Made by a program: the position numbers and the translations under genes
NCBI GenBank assembly: GCA_902790525.1
Contig: CADASI010000021.1
Location: 6,226-70,225, forward strand
DNA from: an uncultured Eubacteriales bacterium
Lineage (GTDB): Bacteria > Bacillota > Clostridia > Christensenellales > Aristaeellaceae
Direction: 5' to 3'
DNA length: 64,000 bases
Shown here: piece by piece, positions 35,811 through 45,255 of the stretch
How positions within the stretch are numbered: position 1 is the first letter of the stretch
How the letters are laid out: the number at the start of each line of letters is the position of its first letter
The notes under the pieces: generated by a model
Told to the model about the DNA's origin: nothing
Databases searched by the model: none
What the model saw: the letters and a program-made list of their open reading frames with translations, nothing else

Positions 35811-38800
35811 CCATCTATGCCCAGAGAACGGACGACGTCATGGGCAAACTGACCGTCAGCTACGTTGAGCTTAACAACGCGGGCATCGGCGGCAATGCGA
35901 ACCAGCCCGGCGGCACAATCACCGTCAACGGCGGTCAGGTCACGGCCTACGGCGGTATCATGGGTGCTGGCATCGGCGGCGGCTGCTACGGCACGGGCGG
36001 CACGATCGTCATTGACGGCGGCAACGTCACGGCTACCGGCGGCGACCGCGCCGCGGGCATTGGCGGCGGCAATGAGGGTGCGGGCGGTACGATCACCATT
36101 GACGGCGGCAACGTCACGGCTACCGGCGGCAACTACGCCGCGGGCATCGGCGGTGGCTACAGCGGTGCGGGCGGCACGATCACCATTACCGGCGGTCAGA
36201 TCACGGCTAATGGCTACAACAGCGGCGTGGGTATCGGCGATGGCGCTGACAATAAAGATATGCCCGGCACGATTTCGCTGGGGCTCTCTGATGACGCGGG
36301 GGATTTCATCCTTGCCAGCAGCTATGCCGGCACGGTCAAAGCGACATGCCATCTCAAGACCGATGAAGAGACTCCCGTGGAAATCGCTCCCGGTGAGGTG
36401 GCAAGCCTTGCCACCATCAACGGCAAAAAACTCATCAAGAACACGGTCGACGGTATCGACTACTACAGCATCACTGTCAGCGAGACAATCCACGGCAGCG
36501 TGACGTCCGTCTTTAAGACCGCTGCTGCCGGGGATATCGTCACCCTGAGAGTGACCCCGGATGATGGATATGAACTTTCCGAAATAACCGTCACCAAGAC
36601 GGACGATTCAACCACGACGGTCTCCGTAGTGAACAACGCCTTCACCATGCCCAATTATGACGTGACCGTGTCTGCGACATTCACGGCCATCGACTTCGCA
36701 ATAAAACTTGGGACCATCACCGGCGGCAGCGTCACCGCGAAGGTGGGCGATAGCGCGAACGCGACAACCGCGCCCTGCGACGGCGAGGTCACGCTGACGG
36801 TCACCCCGAGTGCGGGCTATGAATTTAGGAGCCTGACCGTGGACGGCGCGGATGTGACGGGCAGTATGATCAACAACACCTACACCTTCACCATGCCCGC
36901 GCATCCTGTGACCGTCTCGGCGACGTTCTCCGCGTGGAAGTGGCTGCAAAACCAGTTGGCGGCAGGAACCGACGTCACGCTGGACAAGGATTATGTGGAC
37001 ACCTATAACGAGGGCGCGCTGGTGGTGCCCGCGGGCAAGGACGTCACCCTCGACCTCCACGGCCATGTGATCGACCGCGGGCTGAGCAACGCGGCAGAAA
37101 AAGGGTATGTCATCAGGGTGGAAACCGGGACGCTGACCGTTATCGACAACGATAAGAATGCGACGCACTCTCCCGAAATCACCTACACCGACCCGACCGG
37201 CAAAAATACCGAGCCTGTTACCGTCAACGGCGGCGTCATCAAAGGCGGGAACAACACTTCCCTCGGCGGCGGCGTGTATGTGGACAACGGCGGCACGTTC
37301 AAGCTGTCCGGCGGCACGATCACCGGCAATGCCGCAACCCAGAGCGGCGGCGGCGTGTATGTCAAAAACAGCGCAACCTCGATTAGCACGTTCAAGCTGT
37401 CCGGCGGCACGATTGCCGGGAATACCGCGTCAAGCGGCGGCGGCGTGTATGTGTCCAATGGCGCGGAATTCAACCTGAATAACGGCACGATCACCCGCAA
37501 TACCGCGTCGGGCGGAAGCGGCGGCGGCGTGAATCTGGACGCAAGCAAGATGACTATGAGCGCCGGCACAATCTCCTACAATAAGGCGAATGCTTCCGGC
37601 GGCGGCGTGTATGTCGGAAATACTGGAAATGACAAAAGCACGTTCATAATGCATGGCGGCACGATCAGCGAAAATATGTCAGACAGCAACGGCGGCGGCG
37701 TTGATGTCGACAAGGGGACGTTCAAGCAGTCCAGCGGCTCGATCGGCTACAACCGCGCGAATACTAACGGCGGCGGCGTGAGCTTCGGCGGCGAGGGCGG
37801 CGCGTTCGAGCGGTCCGGCGGCACGATCAACAACAATACCGCGCAGTACAACGGCGGCGGCGTCTACAAGACCGGCGGCACGCTCACGCTGTCCGGCTGC
37901 AACATCTACGCCAATAACGCAAATGCAGACGGCGGCGGCGTGTATCTTGCCGGCGGCGCTCAGGACGAGACGACCATGACCGGCGGCAAGATCAACGGCA
38001 ATACTGCATGTATCAACGGCGGCGGCGTGAGCGTGGGAACCAGCAGGTTCACGCTGTCCGGCGGCGACATTCACAATAACAGCGCGCTCGGCAATGGCGG
38101 CGGCGTGTCCGTGAACAGCGACGCGACGTTCACCATGACCGGCGGCAGCATCATCAGTAACCAAGTGCTCCGCGGCGGCAAAGGCGGCGGCGTGGACCTG
38201 TCACAGGGTACGCTCAAACTGTCCGGCGCGCCGACGATCAAAGAAAATATAGAAGACCCGATCAACAGTGTGGCCAACAACGTCTTCCTGCACTCCGGCC
38301 AGGTCGTGACCGTTGCCGGCGCGCTGTTGAACACTGAAGATAAAATCGGCGTGACCGTCGAGTCCTCCATACCGGTCACCATAACAAGCGACTACGCGGC
38401 GATTATGGGCGATACCGCTCCCGCGACTGTGTTCGCCAGCGACAATACGGCTTATAGCGTGCTCACCGATGCCGACGGCGAGGCGGTGATCGGCATGCCG
38501 GTCACGATCAAATTTGACGCCAACGGCGGCAGCGGAACGATGGCGGACGAAAAAGTGGCTTCCGACGCGGACAGCAGGCTCAATGCCAACGCCTTCACGC
38601 TTGAGGGCCACACCTTCAAGGCGTGGAATACGCGGGAAGACGGCACGTGGACGCGCTATGCCGACGGAGCGACGATCAATATCAGCGGCGATGTCACCCT
38701 CTACGCCCAGTGGTACGCCGACGTGACCCTGACCGCGAACAGCAAGACCGTGACCTGCAACGGCAGCGCGCAGAGCGTCAGCGGGTACACGTGCAGTGTG

Positions 38801-39517
38801 GCCGGGCTGAGCTTCCCCGGCGTCAGCGCCTCCGCGACCGGCACCGCTGCGGGGACCTATCCCGTGAAGTTCTCCGGCGTGACGCTGAAAAAGACCGCGG
38901 ACAGCACCGATAAGTATGTGGTCGCCAAGGTGGTGGAGGGCACGCTGACCGTGAAGGCGGCGGAATCGACACCTGCATCATCCACACCCTCGACGCCCTC
39001 GACCCCAGCCGGATCCTCGACCCCCGCCGGGCCGACGGTCTACCCGATCTACGCCCCCAAGAAGGACAGCAAGGCCACGATCGAGGTCGGGAAGCCCTTC
39101 CGGATCGAGCTGGGCGGACAGGTCGGGAAGGGCTTCAAATCGAACAAGAGTAAGGTCGTCACCGTGGACAGCAACGGCCTCGTGACGCCGCTCAAGGCGG
39201 GCAAGGCCAGGATCACGTTCAAGGTCGGGAAGAAGAAGCGGACGATCACGCTGAAGGTGCTCGATCCCACGGTCCCGAAGCGCGTGTCGCTGAACATGTC
39301 CGGCACGGTTCCGGCCAGGGTGGGGGAGACGGTCCGGCTGGTCGCCACCCTCCCCGACGGCGCCAACAGCGACATAAAGTGGACCTCCAGCAATAAGAAG
39401 GTCGCTACGGTCGCGGGCGGGCAGGTCGTCTTCAAAAAGCCGGGCAAGGTGACCATCACCGCCACCGCCGTTCGCGGGAAGAAGAAGGCTAAGGTGAAGT
39501 TCAAGGTAAGCAAGTAA
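35762..39517 (+). CDS. surface protein, C-terminal fragment (GGGVYV-type beta-helix repeats, InlB-B/Listeria-Bacteroides repeats, two Big_2-like domains)
   Basis: More than 15 copies of the ..G.I..N.A...GGGVYV.. repeat. VTIKFDANGGSGTM..LEGHTFKAWN..VTLYAQW. C-terminal VVTVDSNGLVTPLKAGKARITFKV. True continuity with the upstream ORF is at about 35798. Confidence 0.85.
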   Translation: MAHHTGRHQRQWNNSLTIYAQRTDDVMGKLTVSYVELNNAGIGGNANQPGGTITVNGGQVTAYGGIMGAGIGGGCYGTGGTIVIDGGNVTATGGDRAAGIGGGNEGAGGTITIDGGNVTATGGNYAAGIGGGYSGAGGTITITGGQITANGYNSGVGIGDGADNKDMPGTISLGLSDDAGDFILASSYAGTVKATCHLKTDEETPVEIAPGEVASLATINGKKLIKNTVDGIDYYSITVSETIHGSVTSVFKTAAAGDIVTLRVTPDDGYELSEITVTKTDDSTTTVSVVNNAFTMPNYDVTVSATFTAIDFAIKLGTITGGSVTAKVGDSANATTAPCDGEVTLTVTPSAGYEFRSLTVDGADVTGSMINNTYTFTMPAHPVTVSATFSAWKWLQNQLAAGTDVTLDKDYVDTYNEGALVVPAGKDVTLDLHGHVIDRGLSNAAEKGYVIRVETGTLTVIDNDKNATHSPEITYTDPTGKNTEPVTVNGGVIKGGNNTSLGGGVYVDNGGTFKLSGGTITGNAATQSGGGVYVKNSATSISTFKLSGGTIAGNTASSGGGVYVSNGAEFNLNNGTITRNTASGGSGGGVNLDASKMTMSAGTISYNKANASGGGVYVGNTGNDKSTFIMHGGTISENMSDSNGGGVDVDKGTFKQSSGSIGYNRANTNGGGVSFGGEGGAFERSGGTINNNTAQYNGGGVYKTGGTLTLSGCNIYANNANADGGGVYLAGGAQDETTMTGGKINGNTACINGGGVSVGTSRFTLSGGDIHNNSALGNGGGVSVNSDATFTMTGGSIISNQVLRGGKGGGVDLSQGTLKLSGAPTIKENIEDPINSVANNVFLHSGQVVTVAGALLNTEDKIGVTVESSIPVTITSDYAAIMGDTAPATVFASDNTAYSVLTDADGEAVIGMPVTIKFDANGGSGTMADEKVASDADSRLNANAFTLEGHTFKAWNTREDGTWTRYADGATINISGDVTLYAQWYADVTLTANSKTVTCNGSAQSVSGYTCSVAGLSFPGVSASATGTAAGTYPVKFSGVTLKKTADSTDKYVVAKVVEGTLTVKAAESTPASSTPSTPSTPAGSSTPAGPTVYPIYAPKKDSKATIEVGKPFRIELGGQVGKGFKSNKSKVVTVDSNGLVTPLKAGKARITFKVGKKKRTITLKVLDPTVPKRVSLNMSGTVPARVGETVRLVATLPDGANSDIKWTSSNKKVATVAGGQVVFKKPGKVTITATAVRGKKKAKVKFKVSK

Positions 39518-39528
39518 CGCTCCCATAC

Positions 39529-39565
39529 AAAAACGCCTCCTGCGGCCTGCCGCAGGAGGCGTTTT
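39529..39565. terminator. bidirectional Rho-independent terminator
   Basis: AAAAACGCCTCCTGCGG / CCGCAGGAGGCGTTTT. Confidence 0.7.
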
Positions 39566-39575
39566 AAGTCGGGGA

Positions 39576-41187
39576 TCAGCCCATGGCCGCCCGAGCGAGG
39601 TTCAGTGCGGTCTGCACGGCCTCGGGGTTGGAGGTCACCAGGAACCTGGCGAGCATGGACAGCATCAGGCTGGCGATGAGCAGTATGATCGCGCCGCCGA
39701 GACGGGAGGAGATCTGCGCGAAGGGCATCAGTTCCATGCGGTCCGCGGCGGAGAGCACGGCCACGTCGCCGGTGCCGCCCATGTTGGACATGCACAGGCC
39801 CGCGGTGACGCCCGCCTCAAAGGGATAGAAGCCCACCAGCTTGCCCACGATGGCCGCGCCGGCGAACGCGCCGATGCAGGTGGCCGCGCACAGCAGCAGG
39901 TAGGTGATGCTGAACGAGGAGATCACCGTGTTGATGTCCAGGTAGCAGATGCCGATGCCCACCAGCAGCATGTTCGTCAGGTTCTTCATGATGAACTGGA
40001 ACCACTGGAAGCAGGCGATCTCGATGTTCTCAGGGATGATGTCGGCGATCTTGCAGATGGCCACGGTGATGATCATCCAGACGTAGGCGTGGATGGTGAT
40101 GCCGGGCACCAGCGCCTTCCACACGCCCGCGCAGATGAAGCCCCAGGCGAAGAAGCCGCCGGAGACCAAGAGGCCGATGCCCATGTTGGTCAGCGAGAGG
40201 GACTCGCGCTTCTTCTGCATCTCGGGGCTGATCTCCAGCTCCTTGGGGTCGATGCTGCCGGCCTGCATCAGCTGGCCATTGCCGTTGAGCTTGCCGCTGA
40301 TGACCTTCACCAGCACGCCCGCCAGCACGATGGACACCGCGTTGCCGATGGCCACGGCGGGGGTCATGACGGACAGCGCCTCCGCGGCGGTCATGGAGCC
40401 GGAGCTCTCAAAGATCTTGGAAAGCGGGGTCGCGCCGGCGCCCATGCCGCCGCCCATGATGGCAGGGCGATCAGCAAAAGCGCGTTCATCACCGGGTAGC
40501 CCATGATGGCCGCCACGCCGCAGCACAGCGCGAAGGCTAGAGTGTGTTTCTAAATGCCGGGAGATGCAGTTTCGAGTGGATTTGACTGCATTTCAAGGCG
40601 ATTTCCCGCAGGCTTAGTGGGACTAAGTCAAGGGAGAAATGCAGTCAAAGACGCCGAAAATGCGCTTCAGGCATTTTAGAAACACACTCTAGTATCAGGC
40701 CGCCGAATATGGCCGGGAAGTAGCGGGCCGCGGCCTTCACCGGCAGCTTGCGGTTCATGCCGAGTATGGAGCCGGTGATCAGGGCGGCGATGTACCAGTC
40801 GAGGAAGCCGCCCTCGGTTTTGAAGAAGGTGCCGATGTTGCCCACCAGGTCCGAAGCGCCCTTGGCGCTGGCAAAGGGCATGGCCATGTTGTAAATGGCG
40901 GCGCCCGTCACCTCGTCGACGCCGATCTTCTTGGGCAGCAGGTTGAAGAACACCAACAGCGCCGAGCCGAAGATGCACACGATGGCGCCGCCGCCGAGTT
41001 AGTCCTTGATGATCGGGGTGTGGTCGCCGATCCAGGCGAATATGGTGCCGATGACGATCATGAACGCGAAGCACCCGGCCATGCCCGCGGGCAGCACGCC
41101 CAGATAGGTGGCCAGCAGCACGACCACGGTGATGATCAGGAAGATAGACGGATTCGGGCGCGTTCCGATGCCCGATAAAGAAACAAG
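39576..41187 (-). pseudogene. 2-hydroxycarboxylate transporter family (citrate/malate carrier, CitS/CimH/MleP-like) pseudogene
   Basis: Homology is spread over three frames. Lesions: in-frame TAA at 40999-41001, MITE at 40540-40689, 1-nt frameshift at ~40461, and no start codon (in-frame TGA at 41188-41190). Confidence 0.85.
40538..40691. mobile_element. MITE, 150 bp, same family as 17337-17496, inserted in the transporter gene with TA duplication
   Basis: Removing 40540-40691 (element plus one TA) restores the codons ..GGLILAFALCCGVAAIMGYP. Confidence 0.9.
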
Positions 41188-41318
41188 TCACCGACAAAAG
41201 ACAACACCACCTTATATGTGTTTTATTATAAAGTGATATCACTTAGCTATCAAATGAGCGCATACTTTCCCGGCTTTTTCCCGTACAATAGAGGCAATAA
41301 AGCCGGGGAGTGGTTCGT

Positions 41319-41519
41319 ATGGCGACCAACAAGCGCGTTTTTACCCTGCGATTGAACGACGATGTCTTTGACAAGATCGGCGCACTGGCGACGGAGGAGC
41401 ATCGCTCAATGACCAATTATATCGAATATGTACTGCTCAAACACATTGAAGAGGTCGAAAAACAGCGCGGCACGATTCGGGTTTATGAATCTGATGATCA
41501 AGGTACTACTGTCCGCTGA
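41319..41519 (+). CDS. ribbon-helix-helix (Arc/CopG-like) small DNA-binding protein
   Basis: MATNKRVFTLRLNDDVFDKIGALATEEHRSMTNYIEYVLLKH is an RHH pattern; GGGGAG RBS. Confidence 0.7.
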   Translation: MATNKRVFTLRLNDDVFDKIGALATEEHRSMTNYIEYVLLKHIEEVEKQRGTIRVYESDDQGTTVR

Positions 41520-41536
41520 TATGATGGAGACTGCCT

Positions 41537-41758
41537 ATGAAGTATCAGAGGATTCGCGATCTTCGGGAAGATGCCGATATGTATCAAAAGGAGCTTGCGG
41601 AATTGCTGCACTGTTCCCAGCAGACATACAGCGATTATGAGTCCGGAAAGCTGGATATCCCCACGGACGTGCTGATCAAACTGGCGGAAATCTACGATAC
41701 GACCACGGATTATATACTGGGACTGACCGCACGTCGGGAAAGGCCCTATAAACACTGA
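41537..41758 (+). CDS. XRE-family helix-turn-helix protein
   Basis: YQKELAELLHCSQQTYSDYESGKLDIPTDVLIKLAEIY is a classic HTH_3 pattern. Confidence 0.8.
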   Translation: MKYQRIRDLREDADMYQKELAELLHCSQQTYSDYESGKLDIPTDVLIKLAEIYDTTTDYILGLTARRERPYKH

Positions 41759-41763
41759 AACAA

Positions 41764-41793
41764 CGACGCCCCCGGAAAATGCCGGGGGCGTCG
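41764..41793. terminator. bidirectional terminator hairpin
   Basis: CGACGCCCCCGG AAAATG CCGGGGGCGTCG, followed by ATATTT on the plus strand. Confidence 0.6.
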
Positions 41794-41811
41794 ATATTTC
41801 CCTTTATTCAG

Positions 41812-43767
41812 TTATTCCCCAATGGTCGCCTTGATGCGGCGCACACCGGCGGAGGAAGCCTCCTCCTTCTTGATCTTGAAGGACTTGAGGTCGCCGGTAT
41901 TGCTGGCGTGGGGGCCGCCGCAGATCTCCTTGGAATACGGGCCCATGGTGTAGACCTTCACGCGCTCGCCATACTTGGACTCGAACAGGCCGATGGCGCC
42001 CTGGGCCTTGGCCTCGGCCACGGTCATTTCCTCGCAGGTGATGGGGGCGGCGGCCTGGATGTATTCGTTCACCAGGCGCTCGACCTCGGCCTTCTCCTCG
42101 TCGGTCATCTTGCGGCCGAAGGAGAAGTCGAAGCGCAGGCGCTCGGCGGTGATGTTGGAGCCCTTCTGCGCGACCTCGGGGCCCAGCACCTTTCGCAGCG
42201 CGGCGTGCAGCAGGTGGGTGGCGGTGTGCAGCTTCGCGGTCTGCTCGCTGTGGTCGGCCAGGCCGCCCTTGAAGCGCTGCTCCGCGCCGGCGTGGCTGTT
42301 CTCCTGGTGCTTCCTGAAGCGCTCCTGGAAGCCATCCACGTCCACCTCGATGCCCTTCTCGGCGGCCATCTCGCAGGTGATCTCCACCGGGAAGCCGTAG
42401 GTGTCGTACAGCTTGAAGGCGCTGCGGCCGTCCATCTTCTCAGTGGTCTTGAGCAGGGTGTCGATGGTCTGATCGGAGATGGTGCCGTCCTTGACCTGCT
42501 CGATGATCGGCTTGTTGTCCGGGCTGGGGGGCAGCTGCCGGAGCGCGGCGGCCACGGCGTCGGGGTTGGTCCTGTCGGCCTTCAGCGCGGTGAAGGCGTC
42601 GCGCTTCTTCATCATGTTGCCGTAGACCTTCTCGAACTCGGCCATGCCCTTCTTGAGGGTGCGCTGGAAGCGCTCCTCCTCCAGCTTGAGCTGCTCGAGG
42701 ATGTGCGCCCCGTTGCGCTCCAGCTCGGGATAGACCTCCTTGTACTGGTCGATGATGACCTGCGCGATCTCGCAGGTGAAGCCCGCGGGCATGCCCAGCT
42801 TCATGCCGTGGCGCACGGCGCGGCGGATCAGGCGGCGCAGCACGTAGCCCTGGTCGACGTTGGACGGCGTCACGCCGCGGTCGTCGCCGATGATGAAGGT
42901 GGCGGTGCGCATGTGGTCGGAGATGATGCGGATGGCGCGGGTGATCTCCTCGCTCTCGCCGTACTTCTTGCCGGAGAGCGCCTCGATCCTGCCGATGATG
43001 CGCTCGAAGATCTCGGTCTCATACACGGTGTTCGCGCCCATCAGCACGCAGTAGGTGCGCTCCAGGCCCATGCCGGTGTCCACGTTCTTCTGCTTGAGCG
43101 GGATGAACGTGCCGTCGGCCTGCTTTTCGTACTGCATGAACACGTCGTTCCAGATCTCCAGGTAGCGGCCGCAGGAGCAGGCGGGGGAGCAGTCCGGGCC
43201 GCAGGGGGGCTGGTCGCGGATGATGAACATCTCGGTGTCCGGGCCGCAGGGGCCGGTGATGCCGGCGGGGCCCCACCAGTTGTGCTTCTTGGGCAGGTAG
43301 AACAGGTTCTCGTCCTTCACGCCCTGCTGGCGCCACAGGTTCGCGGCCTCCTCGTCGCGGGGGCAGTCCTGGTCGCCCTCAAACACGGTGAAGGCCAGCT
43401 TGTCGGGGTCGAGGCCCAGCCAGTCCTTCGAGGTCAAAAACTCCCAGCTCCAGGGGATCATTTCCTTCTTGAAGTAGTCGCCCAGGGACCAGTTGCCCAG
43501 CATCTCGAAGAAAGTCAGGTGGCTGGGATCGCCCACCTCGTCGATGTCGCCGGTGCGGATGCACTTCTGCACGTCCGTCAGGCGGTTGCCCATGGGGTGT
43601 TTTTCACCCATCAGATAGGGCACCAGCGGGTGCATGCCGGCGGTGGTGAACAGCACGGTGGGGTCGTTTTCGGGAATGACCGAGGCGGAGGGGATGCGGG
43701 CGTGGCCCTTTTCCTCGAAGAACCGGAGGAACAGGCTGCGCAGCTCATTGGCGGACTTGATGTTCAT
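41812..43767 (-). CDS. alaS: alanine--tRNA ligase, short form lacking the C-Ala domain
   Basis: Catalytic core FTTAGMHPLVPYL, editing-domain HTATHLLHAAL and CGGPHASNTG. Ends at ..GVRRIKATIGE (651 aa). Confidence 0.9.
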   Translation of the reverse strand: MNIKSANELRSLFLRFFEEKGHARIPSASVIPENDPTVLFTTAGMHPLVPYLMGEKHPMGNRLTDVQKCIRTGDIDEVGDPSHLTFFEMLGNWSLGDYFKKEMIPWSWEFLTSKDWLGLDPDKLAFTVFEGDQDCPRDEEAANLWRQQGVKDENLFYLPKKHNWWGPAGITGPCGPDTEMFIIRDQPPCGPDCSPACSCGRYLEIWNDVFMQYEKQADGTFIPLKQKNVDTGMGLERTYCVLMGANTVYETEIFERIIGRIEALSGKKYGESEEITRAIRIISDHMRTATFIIGDDRGVTPSNVDQGYVLRRLIRRAVRHGMKLGMPAGFTCEIAQVIIDQYKEVYPELERNGAHILEQLKLEEERFQRTLKKGMAEFEKVYGNMMKKRDAFTALKADRTNPDAVAAALRQLPPSPDNKPIIEQVKDGTISDQTIDTLLKTTEKMDGRSAFKLYDTYGFPVEITCEMAAEKGIEVDVDGFQERFRKHQENSHAGAEQRFKGGLADHSEQTAKLHTATHLLHAALRKVLGPEVAQKGSNITAERLRFDFSFGRKMTDEEKAEVERLVNEYIQAAAPITCEEMTVAEAKAQGAIGLFESKYGERVKVYTMGPYSKEICGGPHASNTGDLKSFKIKKEEASSAGVRRIKATIGE

Positions 43768-43974
43768 GGGAATGATCTCCTTTTAGATATCGGAAAAATG
43801 ACATCGACAAAATATCGGCAAAAATTATAGCATCCAACTGTGGCGGATGTCAACCTCAATTGTGTGAAAAAGTAGACGATTGTGCCGGTTGAATTGACAC
43901 AAAAACGGGGCGATGGTATAATCATACATATAATAATGTATATTTGTCGAACGTTGATATAGGAGGCGATTTCC

Positions 43975-45207
43975 GTGCCGTACAAGAGGCCCACACTTTC
44001 CCGCACGCGGGCGCGCGCGCGGCTTAAAAAACAGCTGCTCATCGGCGGCGGCGCGCTGGTCGCGCTTGCGCTGCTGATCGTCGCCATTACATCATTGGTC
44101 GGGGGAGGCGGCGGCGACAGGCCCGTGAGCGCTCCCGCCGCCACGGCCGTCCCGGTGCCCACCATGGAGGCCGGGGCGAATGCGCCGGAGGCGTCCGACG
44201 ATGAAGACGACGCCGATATCGCCACGCCGGAGCCCACCCGCGCCCCGACGCCCAGCCCCGCGCCGGAGGACGACGAGGCCCCCGTGACCAACGCCGATCG
44301 CGCCGCCACGCGGCCCAGCGCCGAGCCCGGCTTCCTGCCCGTGTTCTCCCACGCGGAGAACACCGAGGAGAAGATCATCGCCATCACCGTGGACGACTGC
44401 TTCCAGGCGCAGAACCTCAAGAACATCGTGGACTGCGCCCTCGAGAACGGCGGCAAGCTGACCATATTCCCCATCGGCGAAAACGTGATCCGCTCGGAGC
44501 AGGCCCAGGTGTTGAAGTACGCCTGGGAGAAGGGCATGGAGCTTGAGAACCACACCTACACCCACAGCGGCCTGTACAACAGCGGGGACAAGCGGCTGGC
44601 GGAGCAGATCTACGAGCAGCAGATGACGCTGTGCCACATACTCGACAAGGAGTACCAGTGCCACTTCCTGCGCCCCCGCGGCGGCGACGCCCGCAACGAC
44701 CAGCGCATGCACATGTACGCCAAGCAGATGGGCTACTACGGCATCGCCCACTGGTCGGTGGACGGCTCCAAGGGCACCGACAAGCAGCTCGCCAAGGGCC
44801 TGAAGCCCGGCGCGATCTACCTGTTCCACACCACCGACAACGACTGGCAGATTTTGCAGCGGTTCATCCCCTGGGCCGTGGGGAAGGGCTACAAGCTGGT
44901 GACCATGAACGAGATGTTCGGCTACCCCGAGAACGAGGCAGGCGAGCTGACCACCCCCGCCAAGGGCCGCCCCGTGCCCACGCTGGCCCCCTACGAGCGG
45001 GTGTACACCACCCTCAAGAAGACCACCTACTCCTGGTACGCCTACGAGCTCCAGGAGAAGCTGATCGAGCTGGGCTACCTGACCGGCGAGCCCGACGGCG
45101 TGTACGGCGAGACCTGCGCGGCCGCCGTCAGCGCCTACCAGAAGGACAAGGGCCTGGAGGTCACCGGGCAGGCCGATCCCGAGCTGTTGAAGGAGCTTCT
45201 CGGTTAG
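43975..45207 (+). CDS. polysaccharide/peptidoglycan deacetylase (NodB) with C-terminal PG_binding_1 domain
   Basis: ITVDDC and HTYTHSG NodB motifs. C-terminal LQEKLIELGYLTGEPDGVYGETCAAAVSAYQ. GTG start with a GGAGG RBS. Confidence 0.85.
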   Translation: MPYKRPTLSRTRARARLKKQLLIGGGALVALALLIVAITSLVGGGGGDRPVSAPAATAVPVPTMEAGANAPEASDDEDDADIATPEPTRAPTPSPAPEDDEAPVTNADRAATRPSAEPGFLPVFSHAENTEEKIIAITVDDCFQAQNLKNIVDCALENGGKLTIFPIGENVIRSEQAQVLKYAWEKGMELENHTYTHSGLYNSGDKRLAEQIYEQQMTLCHILDKEYQCHFLRPRGGDARNDQRMHMYAKQMGYYGIAHWSVDGSKGTDKQLAKGLKPGAIYLFHTTDNDWQILQRFIPWAVGKGYKLVTMNEMFGYPENEAGELTTPAKGRPVPTLAPYERVYTTLKKTTYSWYAYELQEKLIELGYLTGEPDGVYGETCAAAVSAYQKDKGLEVTGQADPELLKELLG

Positions 45208-45238
45208 GGAGTAGGGAGTAGGCAGTAGGGAGCAGGGG
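45207..45238 (+). repeat. heptamer repeat GGGAGTA GGGAGTA GGCAGTA GGGAGCA GGGG
   Basis: Starts at the last base of the deacetylase stop codon. Its 3' end forms the stem GGAGCAGG/CCTGCTCC. Confidence 0.8.
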
Positions 45239-45255
45239 TTATGTCACCTGCTCCA

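Noticed and set aside
36000-38200. Many near-periodic GGCGGCGGCGTG.. repeats that a repeat or CRISPR finder might flag.
   Set aside because: They are in-frame coding repeats (GGGVYV/GGGVSV beta-helix rungs) of the surface protein, with variable spacing and amino-acid-level conservation.
43768-43974. Possible T-box leader upstream of alaS.
   Set aside because: The shared divergent region is about 200 nt and AT-rich. No T-box 14-mer (AANNNGGGTGGTACCGCG-like) or terminator/antiterminator pair was seen.
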